This document shows, piece by piece, positions 48,405 through 61,400 of a stretch of DNA of 64,000 nucleotides. Made by a program: the position numbers and the translations under genes. Source of the stretch: Basidiobolus meristosporus CBS 931.73 (lineage: Eukaryota; Fungi; Basidiobolomycota); assembly GCA_002104905.1 (NCBI GenBank), contig MCFE01000512.1, positions 1 to 64,000 on the forward strand, given 5' to 3'. The first letter of the stretch is position 1; the number at the start of each line of letters is the position of its first letter. The notes beneath the pieces are model-generated. The model was not told where the DNA came from. It ran no database searches and worked only from the letters and a program-made list of their open reading frames with translations.

Positions 48405-49669
48405 AATCAGTAAGTTAATTTTTTGACTATTTGTCAGAGAGCAGCTAATGGATCTTCACATGCATGTGACTAAAATTCAAAATGCTGATTTTTTTCTGGC
48501 AGCAGCCACTTATTGCTCACCAACATGTGATCACAATCATTTAGTTACACTTTGAATTGCTGACTCTGATACCAGCCACTGGATACCCACAGACCCGTGA
48601 CTATAATTCACAGTGCTGATCTTTTTCTGGCAGCAGCCATTGGCTGCCCACAGAGATGTCACCACAATCAGTTAGCTAATTTCTTCACTGTTTAGTCTGA
48701 CTGCAGCCACTAGTTGCCCACAGATATGTGACTGAAATTCACCATGCCAATTTTCTTTCTTACAGTAGGCACTGGTTGTCCTCAGACATGTAACCAAAGG
48801 CATTTAGTCAATTTTCTTACTGATGACTTTAGCAGCAGCCACTAGTTGCCCACTGACATGTAGACAAAAGCATTTAGTTAACTCTCTCTCACTGTTCATT
48901 CTGGCACCTGCCACTTGTTGCTCACAGACATGTGCCTGGTCATGCCAATTTTGGCCAAAGACATGCAACTGATACTTAATTTGCTAATTTCTCTCTGACA
49001 TCAGCCACTGGTTACCCACAGACATGTAATTGAAAATCACTCTGCTAATTTTCTTGCTGACAGTGGTCACTGGTTGCCTACAGACATTTGACTGGATTTT
49101 GGCACTCCAATTCACTTGCTGAGAGCAGCCACTGGCTGCCCACAGACATGTGACCATAATCATTTAGTTAATTCTCTCACAATTTAGTCTGACAGCAGCC
49201 TCCAGGTACCCACAGACACTTGACTAAAAACCATCATATCAATAACTGTACTGACAGCAGCCACTGGTTGCCCACTGACAGGTGACTTAGTTTCAGCATG
49301 CCAATTTCCTTTCTACAGGAGCCTTTGGTTGCTCACAGACATTTGACAGAAACCATCATTCTAATTATCAACCTCACAGAAGCCACCGGTTGCTCAGAGA
49401 CATGTGACAGGAAATCATCCTGTCAATTTTCTTACTGACAGCAGCCACTGTATGCCAATAGACATGTGACTAAGCTTCAGCATGTAAATTTTCTTTCTGA
49501 CAGCAGTCACAGGTTGCCCATGCACATGTGAATGAGATATACTGTGCTCAGTTTTTATCTGACTGCCACTACTGGTTGTCTATAGGCATGTCACCAGAAA
49601 CAACAAGCTCATATATAAATCTGACAGCAGCCACTAGATGCCAATGTCTATGTGAATTAAATTTGCAAT

Positions 49670-51130
49670 ACACTTGTTCTGTTGGATTGTGCCACATTGT
49701 GCCAGACTCTCAAAAGTGCAGATTGATCTGTCACTCTATGGCACTCTCTGGGACTATCATTTCCACCATGATGCCAGTGGTAGGATGCAGCCACTTATAA
49801 TTTTACTCAATCTTACTTATGTTGCTCATAATAGTACTGTTCCTTGCTTTATTAAGGCTTCAAAATGCTCCAGACACATTTCTCTCAGTGGATGTCTTCT
49901 TATATGAATATACTGTGCATAAATAGGTATCTTGACTATTTACCTATTCTGCTGTTTTCTCCTATGTATGACTTCCTTCTGTATTTACCTACCAGCATGC
50001 TGAATCTCTCTAGATATCCAAATCTACTTTACTCACAAGTCTATAATGAAATGGGAAATCAGCAATTGATGTGACCTGATCCATGTTAATGCAATCCAAG
50101 ATGCAACATGCATGATATATGGAAAATTCAACTATCACATTAGTTTTCATATATATTTAATGTAAGACCCGGTTGATGCCAATAAACCATTGTATAAGTA
50201 TCCAAATCCATCACTACAGTCCCTATACCAAGTCTTAGCTCATCTTTAGTACAACCCAGACAAAACCCATCCCCTAGCTCACAAGCATGGTCTGGACAGG
50301 AAAAGTCAATGTTGGATCTGTTCAAGTTCTTACCAGATGATCTTAGTATGGCCCAAGTGTCTATAATTAGCCTTCATACTGATATTTGTGCACTACACAT
50401 TAATCTAGAAGAACTGGATACCTGAGATAGTCAATAGAGATGGAAGGATATGAGTAGAAAGCTGTAGCATAAGTTTTGCATCAAGACACCAGCCGATGAA
50501 TGTAAGATGATATATGACAAGTGAAAAATCAAGAATGAGCTGAGAGTAAGGCAATTTGATGAGGAACCTGCATAAGAGCTATTCCACATGCAATTTAGAT
50601 AGTACAGACCAGACACATCTGTTTATGCCTCAACTTTGGGAACCAAAGAGATTTCAAAGAGTTTTGCCTCAAATGACTAATGTAATACATGATACATTAG
50701 TAGAGCTAAGTGGCTCCCAAGTGCAATATACATAGGGCTCATCCAGCCAATAGTTCCAAGGTATCCAACAGAGGGTAAGTGAACAGCTTGAGGAATCATA
50801 AGGTGAGCTTCAAGAGGAAAAATACAGACTCAAGCAACTGCATTGCAATTGTGCCAGCACACCTCACTGATATCCGTACCATCCCTTGCAACTTCAGCAT
50901 ACCAGCATACATCAGTCCAATCTATACCAACACCATTCATAAGATTGCCCTGCATTGAGTCAACAAATGTAAGGCCAACACATGCACTGCAGAGCAACAC
51001 TACCAGAGCTTGCCAAACTGCTTATTAAGACACAAGTCCACTGGAGTGGGCAAAGTTGCATCAACCAGTGACATCAAAAAAAATTCAGCCGTGGACCATG
51101 CCAACTCATGCAGTTGTGCCTGCGCATCCT
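49670..51130 (-). mobile_element. Inverted, internally deleted and truncated copy of the 43931-47346 transposon
   Basis: Starts AAT|ACACTTGTTC. 49690-50015 matches the reverse complement of about 47330-46990, then it jumps to about 46090 and follows the accessory ORF to about 45000. Confidence 0.85.
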
Positions 51131-52240
51131 GATGCCCACAGACATGTGATTAAAACCATCATGTAAATTCTCTTACTGACAGCAGCCACTTGTTGCCTTC
51201 AGACATGTTACTTAAAACCATCAAGATAATTTTTAATCTAACAGCAACCACTGGTTGCCCACACACATGTGACTTAAAACCATCATGCTAATATTCAATC
51301 TGACAGTAACCACTGGTTGTCCACAGACATGTGATTAAAACCATCATGTAAATTTTCTTACTGACAGCAGCCACTTGTTGCCTTCAGACATATGACTTAA
51401 AGTCTTCAAGATAATTTTTAATCTGACAGCAACCACTGGTTGCCCACAGACATGTGACTAAAAACCATCACACTAATGATCAGGCTGACAGCACCCAATG
51501 GTTGCCCACAGACATGGGACTTACAACTATAATGTTAATTAACAATCTGACAGCAACCACTGGTTGCCCACAGACATGTGACTAAAAACCATCATGCTGA
51601 CAGCAGCCACTTGTTGCCCACAGACATTTGACTAAAAACCATTACGCTAATTTACACTCTGAACGCAACCACAGGTGCCTACAAATATGTGACTTAAAAC
51701 CAATATGCTAATATTCTGTCTGATAGCAACCACTGTTTGCCCAGAGAAATGTGACTGTAATGCATCATGCTAATATTCAATTGGACAGCAACCACTGGTG
51801 ACTCTTAAAACTATCATGCTAATGATCATGCTGATAGCAACCACTAGTTCCCCACAGACATTTGAATAAAAACCATCACTCTAATAAGCAGGCTAACAGC
51901 AGTCACTGGTTGCCCACAGACATGTGACTTAAAACCATGATGCTTTTATTCAATCTTACAGCAACCACTGATTGCCCACAGACATGGGACTTAAATCCAT
52001 CATGCTAATATTCATTCAGACAGCAACCACTGGTTGCCCACAGACATGTGACTTAGACTTATGATGCTATTATTCAATCTGACAGCAACCGCTGGTGACC
52101 CACAGACAAGTGACCTGAAACCATCATATTGATTTTCATTCTGACAGCAGCCATCTGTTGCCCAAAGATATGTGACTTAAATCCAGTATGCTAATTTTTA
52201 ATATAACAGACACCACTGGTTGCCCACAGCCATTTGACAA

Positions 52241-52468
52241 AAAACTTGGCCAATTTCACTCTGTTAGAAAATCCTGTACCCTAACTGATTTTCCCTAACC
52301 CAAACATACCTAATCCCTGTAATGGTTTATTCCATCACTTATCAGAATCTTTTTTAGCTGTCACACCTCATCAATTTCCAAGTGGTCATTACATCCCCAA
52401 CTGATCTACTAAGTCTTTCCAATGGATTAGTCATCTGAGATCTGTCCAACTACTTAGTAGTTGCCAAA
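52241..52468 (+). mobile_element. LTR 5'-end fragment of the Gypsy family embedded in the satellite
   Basis: AAACTTGGCCAATTTCACTCTG..GTACCCTAACTGATTTTCCCTAACCCAAACATA..GATTAGTCATCTGAGATCT..GTTGCCAA is colinear with about 35615-35840. Confidence 0.8.
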
Positions 52469-55400
52469 TACAGACATGTGATCTAAACTTATGATGCTAG
52501 CATTTAATCTGAGAGCAACCACTGGTTGCTCACAGCCATGTGACCAACAAGCATCATATGAATTATCAGGTTGACAGCAACCACTGGTTGCCAACAGATA
52601 TGTAACTTAAAACTTTCATATTAATATATATTTTGACAGCAACAACTGGTTGCTCACATACATGTGACTTAAACTTATGATGCTAATATTCAATCTGACA
52701 GCAGTCACTTGTTGCCCATAGACACGTGACTAAAAAACATCACATGAATTATCAGGTTAACAGCAGCCACTTGTTGCCCACAGACATGTGACCTAAACTT
52801 ATGATGCTAATATTCAATCTGACAGCAACCAATGGCGGCCCACAGACAAGCAACTTGTTACTTTTCATAGTGGCAGCAGCCATCTGTTACCCACAGACAT
52901 GAGACTTAAAACCTTTATGCTAATTTTTATCTGACAGCAGCCACTGATGGCCCACAGAAATGTGACTTAAGACTGTTGTATAAATATTTATTCTGACAGC
53001 AACAACTGGTTGCCCACATCCATGTGACTTAAACTTATGATGCTAATATTCAATCTAACAAAAGCCACTACTTGCCCACAGACATATGACTAAATACCAT
53101 TGCCCTATTGATTAAGCTGACAGCAGCCACCAGTTACCCACAGACATGTGACTATATTTTGGCATGCCAATTCTCCTTCAGACATCAGCCACTGGTTGCC
53201 CACAGACATGTGACTAAATTTCAGCATGTCAATTTTCTTTCTGACAGCAGCCACTGGTTGCCCACAGACATGTGACTAAAAACCCCTAAGGCTATAATTG
53301 GGACTGACAGCAGCTACTTGTTGCCCACAGAAATGTGACTAAAACAATCATGCTAATATTCAATCTGACAGCAGCCACTTGATGCCCACATACATGTGAC
53401 TGAATTTCAGCATGCCAACTTGCTTTTTATCAGCAGCCACTGTTTGCCTGCAGACATGTGATATAAAGCATTCACTCAATAATCAGGCTGACAGCAGCCA
53501 CCGGTTGCCCACAGACATGTGACTGAGTTTCTGGATGCCAATTTACTTTCTGAAAGCAGCCACTGTTTGCCTTCAGACATGTGACTTAAAACCATCACGC
53601 TATAATCAGGATGACAGCAGCTACTGGTTGCCCACAGACATGCAACTTACAACCATTATGCCAATTTACCATCTGACAGCAACCACTGATTGCCCACAGA
53701 CATGTGACTGAATTTCAGTATACCAATTTACTTTTTGTCAGCAGCCACTTGTTGCCCACAGACATGTGACTTAAAACCATCAAGCTATATTCAGGCTGAC
53801 AGCAGCCACATGTTGCCCACAAACATGTGACTAAAAACCATTACACCATAATTTGGCTGACAGCAACCACATGTTGCCCACAGACATGTGACTGAATTTC
53901 TGCATGCAAATTTTCTTCTGACAGCAGCCACATACGGCCTACAGACATGTGACTTGAAACCCTCACGCTATAATCAGGCTGACAGCAACCACATGTTGCC
54001 CACAAATGTGTGACTAAAAATCATTACGCTATGATTAAGCTAACATCAGCCACTGGTTGCCCACAGACATGTAACTGAATTTCAGCATGACAATTGACTT
54101 CTTGTCAGCAGCCACTGTTTGCCTTTAGACATGTGAGTTAATACCCTTGCGCTATAATTAGGCTGACAGCAGCCACTTAGTGCCCACAAACACATGACTA
54201 AAAATCATTACGCTATAATTAGGCTGACAGCAGCCACTGGTTGCCCACAGACATGTGATTAAAAACCATCATGTTATAATCAGGCTGACAGCGGCCACTG
54301 TTAGCCCACAGACATGTGACTGAAATTCTGCATGCCAATTTTCTTTCTGACAGCAGCCACATGTTGTCAACAGACATGTGACTAAAAACCATCATGCCAT
54401 ATCCAGGCTGACAGCAGCCACTGGTTGCCCACAGACATGTGACTGAATATCTGCATGCCAATTTCCTTTCTGACAGCAGCCACATGTTGCCCTCAGATAT
54501 GTGACTAAAAACCATTACGCTATATCCAGGCTGACAGCACCCACATGTTGCCCGCAGATATGTGACTAAAAACCATCACGTTATAATCAGGCTGACAACG
54601 GCCACTGTTAGCCCACAGACATGAGAATCAAATTCTGCATGCCAATTTTCTTTCTGACAGTAGCCACTGATTGCCATCGGATATGTGACTAAAAACCATC
54701 ATGCAAATGATCAGCCTGACAGCAGCCACTTGTTGCCCACAGTCATGTAATTAAAACAATAATATTGACTGAATATCTGCACGCCAATTTTCTCTCTGAC
54801 AGCAGCCACGTGTTGCCCACAGACATGTGACTTAAAACTATCATGCTATATTTAGGCTGACAGCAGCCACATGTTGCCCACAGACATGTGACTAAAAACC
54901 ATCACGCTATAATTAGGCTGGCAGCAACCACTTGTTGCCCACAGACATGTGACTAAAACCATTACGCTAAAATATGGCTGACAGCAGCCACTGGTGGCCC
55001 ACAGACATGTGACTAAAAACCATCACGCTAGAATGAGGCTGACAGTAGCCACTTGTTGCCCACAGACATGTGACTTAAAACCATCATGCTATAATCAGGC
55101 AGACAGCAGCCACTGGTTGCCCACAGACATGTGACTAAAAACCATTACGCTATAATTAGGCTGACAGCAGCCACTTGTTACCCAGAGACATGTGACTAAA
55201 AACCATTACGCTATAATTAGGCTGACAGCAGCCACTGGTTGCTGACAGACATGTGACTCAAAACCATTATGTTATAATCATGCTGACAGCAGCCACTTGT
55301 TGCTCACAGACATGTGATTAAAACAATAACATTGATAATTGGGTTAACAGCAGCCACCGGTTGCCCGCAGCCATGTCACTTAAAACCATTATGCTAATTC

Positions 55401-58400
55401 TTAATCTGACAACAGCCACTTGTTGCCCACAGACATGTGACTCAAAACCATCACGCCATGTTCAGGCTGAGAGCAGTGACTTGTTGCACTCAGACATGTG
55501 ACTAAAAACCATTACACTATAATCAGGCTGACAGCAGCAACATGTTGCCCATAGACATGTGCCTAAAAACCATCACGCTTGAATTAGGGTGAGAGCAGCC
55601 ACATGTTGCCCACAGACATGTGACTTAAAACCATCATGCTATAATCAGGCAGACAGCAGCCACTGGTTGCCCACAGACATGTGACTTAAAACCATCATGC
55701 TATAATCAGGCAGACAGCAGCCACTTGTTACCCAGAGACATGTGACTAAAAACCATTACGCTATAATTAGGCTGACAGCAGCCACTGGTTGCTGACAGAC
55801 ATGTGACTCAAAACCATTATGTTATAATCATGCTGACAGCAGCCACTTGTTGCTCACAGACATGTGATTAAAACAATAACATTGATAATTGGGTTAACAG
55901 CAGCCACCGGTTGCCTGCAGCCATGTCACTTAAAACCATTATGCTAATTCTTAATCTGACAACAGCCACTTGTTGCCCACAGACATGTGACTCAAAACCA
56001 TCACGCCATGTTCAGGCTGAGAGCAGTGACTTGTTGCACTCAGACATGTGACTAAAAACCATTACACTATAATCAGGCTGACAGCAGCAACATGTTGCCC
56101 ATAGACATGTGCCTAAAAACCATCACGCTTGAATTAGGGTGAGAGCAGCCACATGTTGCCCACAGACATGTGACTTGAAACCATCATGCTATAATCAGGC
56201 TTACAGCAGCCACTCGTTGCGCACAGACATGTGACTTAAGACCATTAGGCTAATATTTAATATGACAACAGCCACTTGTTGCACTCAGACATGCAACTTG
56301 AAACCATCACGCTATAATTTGGCTGACGGCAGCCACTTGTTGCCCACAGACATGTGACTAAACACCATTACGCTAAAATATGGCTGACAGCAGCCACTGG
56401 TTGCCCACAGACATGTGTCTTAAAACCATCATGCTATATTCAGGCTGACAGCAGCCACTGGTTGCCCACAGACATGTGTCTTATAACCATCATGCTATAT
56501 TCAGGCTGACAGCAGCCACTTGTTGCCCACAGACATGTGACTCAAACAATAATATTAATGATTGGGCTGACAGCAGCCACCGGTTGCCCACAGCAGCCAC
56601 CGGTTGCCCACAGCAGCCACCGGTTGCCCACAGCAATGTCACTTAAAACAATTATGCTCATTTTTAATCTGACAACAGCCACTTGTTGCCCACAGACATG
56701 TGACTTTAAACCATCATGCTATATTTAGGCTGACAGCAGCCACATGTTGCCCACAGACATGTGACTAAAAACCATCACGCTTGAATTAGGGTGAGAGCAG
56801 CCACATTTTGCCCACAGACATGTGACTTGAAACCATCATGCTATATTTAGGCTGACAGCAGCCACTTGTTGCCCACAGACATGTGACTAAACACCATTAC
56901 ACTAAAATATGGCTGACAGAAGCCACTAGTTGCCCACAGACATGTGACTTAAAAACATTACACTAAAATATGGCTGACAGCAGCCACTGGTTGCCCACAG
57001 ACATGTAACTAAAAGCCATCACGCTAGAATCAGGCTGACAGCAGCCACTTGTTGCCCATGGACATGTGACTCAAACAATAATATTAATGATTGGGCTGAC
57101 AGCAGCCACCGGTTGCCCGCAGCACTGTCACTTAAAACCATTGTTGCTAATTTTTAATCAGACAACAGCCACTGGTTGCCCACAGATATGTGACTTAAAA
57201 CCATTACGCTAAAATATGGCTGACAGCAGCCACATGTTGCCCACAGACATGTGACTAAAAACCATCACGTTAGAATCAGGCTGACAGCAGCCACATGTTG
57301 CCAACAGACATGTGACTAAAAACCAGTACCCTATAATTAGGCTGGCATCAGCCACTTATTGCCTGCAGACATGTGAATTAAAACCATCATGCTATAATTA
57401 GGCTGACAGCAGCTAGAATCAGGCTGACAGCAGCCACTGGTTGCCCACAGACATGTGACTAAAACCATTATGCTAGAATCAGGCTGACTGCAGCCACTGG
57501 TTGCCCACAGACATGTGACTAAAAACCAATACCCTATAATTAGGCTGCCAGCAGCCACTTGTTGCCCACAGACATATGACTAAAACAATCACGCTAGAAG
57601 CAGGCTGACAGCAGCCACTTGTTATCCACAAACATGTGACTTAAAACCCCTTATGCTATACTTAGGCTGACAGCAGCCACTTGTTGCCCACAGACATGTG
57701 GCTAAACCATTACGTTAGAATCAGGCTGACAGCAGCCACTGGTTGCCCACAGACATGTGACTAAAAACCATCACGCTAGAATTAGGCTGACAGCAGCCAC
57801 TTATTGCCTGCAGACATGTGAATTAAAACCATCATGCTATAATTAGGCTGACAGCAGCCACATGTTGCCCACAGACATGTGACCTAAACCATCACGTTAA
57901 AAACAGGCTGACAGCAGCCACTGGTTGCCCTCAGACATGTGACTAAACCATTACGCTAGAATCAGGCTGACAGCAGCCACTGGTTGCCCACAGACATATG
58001 ACTAAAAACCAGTACCCTGTAATTAGGCTGGCATCAGCCACTTATTGCCTGCAGACATGTGAATTAAAACCATCATGCTATAATTAGGCTGACAGCAGCT
58101 AGAATCAGGCTGACAGCAGCCACTGGTTGCCCACAGACATGTGACTAAAAACCAATACCCTATAATTATGCTGACAGCAGCCACTGGTTGCCCACAGACA
58201 TGTGACTAAAAACCAATACCCTATAATTATGCTGACAGCAGCCACTTGTTGCCCACAGACATGTGACTAAAAACCAATACCCTATAATTAGGCTGACAGC
58301 AGCCACTGGTTGCCCACAGACATGTGACTAAAAACCAATACCCTATAATTAGGCTGACAGCAGCCACTGGTGCGCCCACAGACATGTGACTTAAAACCAT

Positions 58401-61400
58401 TACACTAAAATATGGCTGACAGCAGCCACATGATGCCCACAGACATGTGACTAAAAACCTTTACACTATAATTAGGCTAACAGCAGCCACTGGTTACCCA
58501 CAGACACGTGACTTAAAACCATTACGCTAAAATATGGCTGACACCAGCCACTGGTTGCCCACAGACATGTGACTAAAAACCAATACCCTATAATTAGGCT
58601 GACAGCAGCCACTTGTTGCCCACAGACATGTGACCTAAACCATCGCGTAAAAATCAGGCTGACAGCAGCCACTGGTTGCCCTCAGACATGTGACTAAACC
58701 ATTACGCTAGAATCAGGCTGACAGCAGCCACTAGTTGCCCACAGACATGTGACTTAAAACTATCATGCTATATTTAGGCTGACAGCAGCCACTTGTTGAC
58801 CACAGACATGTGACTAAAAACCATCACGCTAGAATCAGGCTGACAGCACCCACTTGTTGCCCACAGACATGTGACTTAAAACCATTACGCTAAAATATGG
58901 CTGACAGCAGCCACTTGTTGCCCAGAGACATGTGACTAAATTTCTGCATGTAAATTTGTGACATAAACCCTCACGTTAAAATCAGGCTGACAGCAGCCAC
59001 TGGTTGCCCTCAGACATGTGACTAAAAACCATCACGCTAGAATCACGCTGACAGCAGCCACATGTTGCCCACAGACATGTGACTAAAAACCAATACCCTA
59101 AAATATGGCTGACAGCAGCCACTTGTTGCCCACAGACATGTGACTGAATTTCTGAAGGCAAATTTGTGACATAAACCCTCACGTTAAAATCTGGCTGACA
59201 GCAGCCACTGGTTGCCCTCAGACATGTGACTAAACCATTACGCTAGAATCAGCCTGACAGCAGCCACTGGTTGCCCACAGACATGTGACTTAAAACCATC
59301 ATGCTATATTTAGGCTGACAGCAGCCACTTGTTGACCTCAGACATGTGACTAAAAACCATCATGCTAGAATCAGGCTGACAGCAGCCACTTATTGTCCAC
59401 AGACATGTGACTAAAAACTATTAAGCTATAATTAGGCTGACAGCAGCCACTGGTTGCCCACAGACATGTGACTGAATTTCTGCATGCAAATTTGTGACAT
59501 AAACCCTCAGGTTATAATCAGGCTGACAGCAGCCACTGGTTGCCCTCAGACACGTGACTAAAAACCATCACGCTAGAATCATGCTGACAGCAGCCACATG
59601 TTGCCCACAGGCATGTGACTAAAAACAAATACCCTAAAATATGGCTGACAGCAGCCACTTGTTACCCACAAACATGTGACTGTATTTCTGCATGCAAATT
59701 TGTGACATAAACCCTCACGTTAAAATCAAGCAGCCACTGGTTGCCCACAGACATGTGACTAAAACCATTATGCTAGAATCAGGCTGACAGCAGCCACTTA
59801 TTGTCCACAGACATGTGACTAAAAACTATTACGCTATAATTAGGCTGACAGCAGCCACTGGTTGCCCACAGACATGTGACTGAATTTCTGCATGCAAATT
59901 TGTGACATAAACCCTCACGTTAAAATCAGGCTGACAGCAGCCACTGGTTGCCCTCAGATATGTGACTAAACCATTACGCTAGAATCAGGCTGACAGCAAC
60001 CACTTGTTGCCCACAGACATGTGACTGAATTTCTGAAGGCAAATTTGTGACATAAACCCTCACGTTAAAATCTGGCTGACAGCAGCCACTGGTTGCCCTC
60101 AGACATGTGACTAAACCATTACGCTAGAATCAGCCTGACAGCAGCCACTGGTTGCTCACAGACATGTGACTTAAAACCATCATGCTATATTTAGGCTGAC
60201 AGCAGCCACTTGTTGACCTCAGACATGTGACTAAAAACCATCATGCTAGAATCAGGCTGACAGCAGCCACTTATTGCCCACAGACATGTGACTAAAAACT
60301 ATTACGCTATAATTAGGCTGACAGCAGCCACTGGTTGCCCACAGACATGTGACTGAATTTCTGCATGCAAATTTGTGACATAAACCCTCAGGTTAAAATC
60401 AGGCTGACAGCAGCCACTGGTTGCCCTCAGACACGTGACTAAAAACCATCACGCTAGAATCACGCTGACAGCAGCCACATGTTGCCCACAGGCATGTGAC
60501 TAAAAACAAATACCCTAAAATATGGCTGACAGCAGCCACTTGTTACCCACAAACATGTGACTGAATTTCTGCATGCAAATTTGTGACATAAATCCTCACG
60601 TTAAAATCAGGCTGACAGCAGCTACTGGTTGCCCTCAGACATGTGACTAAACCATTACGCTAGAATCAGGCTGACAGCAGCCACTGGTTGCCCACAGACA
60701 TGTGACTTAAAACCATCATGCTATATTTAGGCTGACAGCAGCCACTTGTTGACCTCAGACAGGTGACGAAAAACCATCACGCTAGAATCAGGCTGACAGC
60801 AGCCACTTGTTGCCCACAGACATGTGACTAAAAACTATTACGCTATAATTAGGCTGACAGCAGCCAAATGTTGCCCACAGACATGTGACTTAAAACCATT
60901 ACGGTAAAATATGGCTGACAGCAGCCACAGGTTGCCCACAGACATGTGACTAAACCATTACGCTAGAATCAGGCTGACAGCAGCCACTGGTTGCCCACAG
61001 ACATGTGACTTAAAACCATCATGCTATATTTAGGCTGACAGCAGCCACTTGTTGCCCACAGACATGTGACCTAAACCATCACGTTAAAAACAGGCTGACA
61101 GCAGCCAAATGTTGCCCGCAGACATATGACTAAAACCATTAAGCTAGAAGCAGGCTGACAGCAGCCACTTGTAATCCACAAACATGTGACTTAAAACCCC
61201 TTATGCTATACTTAGGCTGACAGCAGCCACTGGTTGCCCACAGACATGTGACTGAATTTCTGCATGCAAATTTGTGACATAAACCCTCAGGTTAAAATCA
61301 GGCTGACAGCAGCCACTGGTTGCCCTCAGACATGTGACTAAACCATTACGCTAGAATCAGCCTGACAGCAGCCACTGGTTGCCCACAGACATGTGACTTA

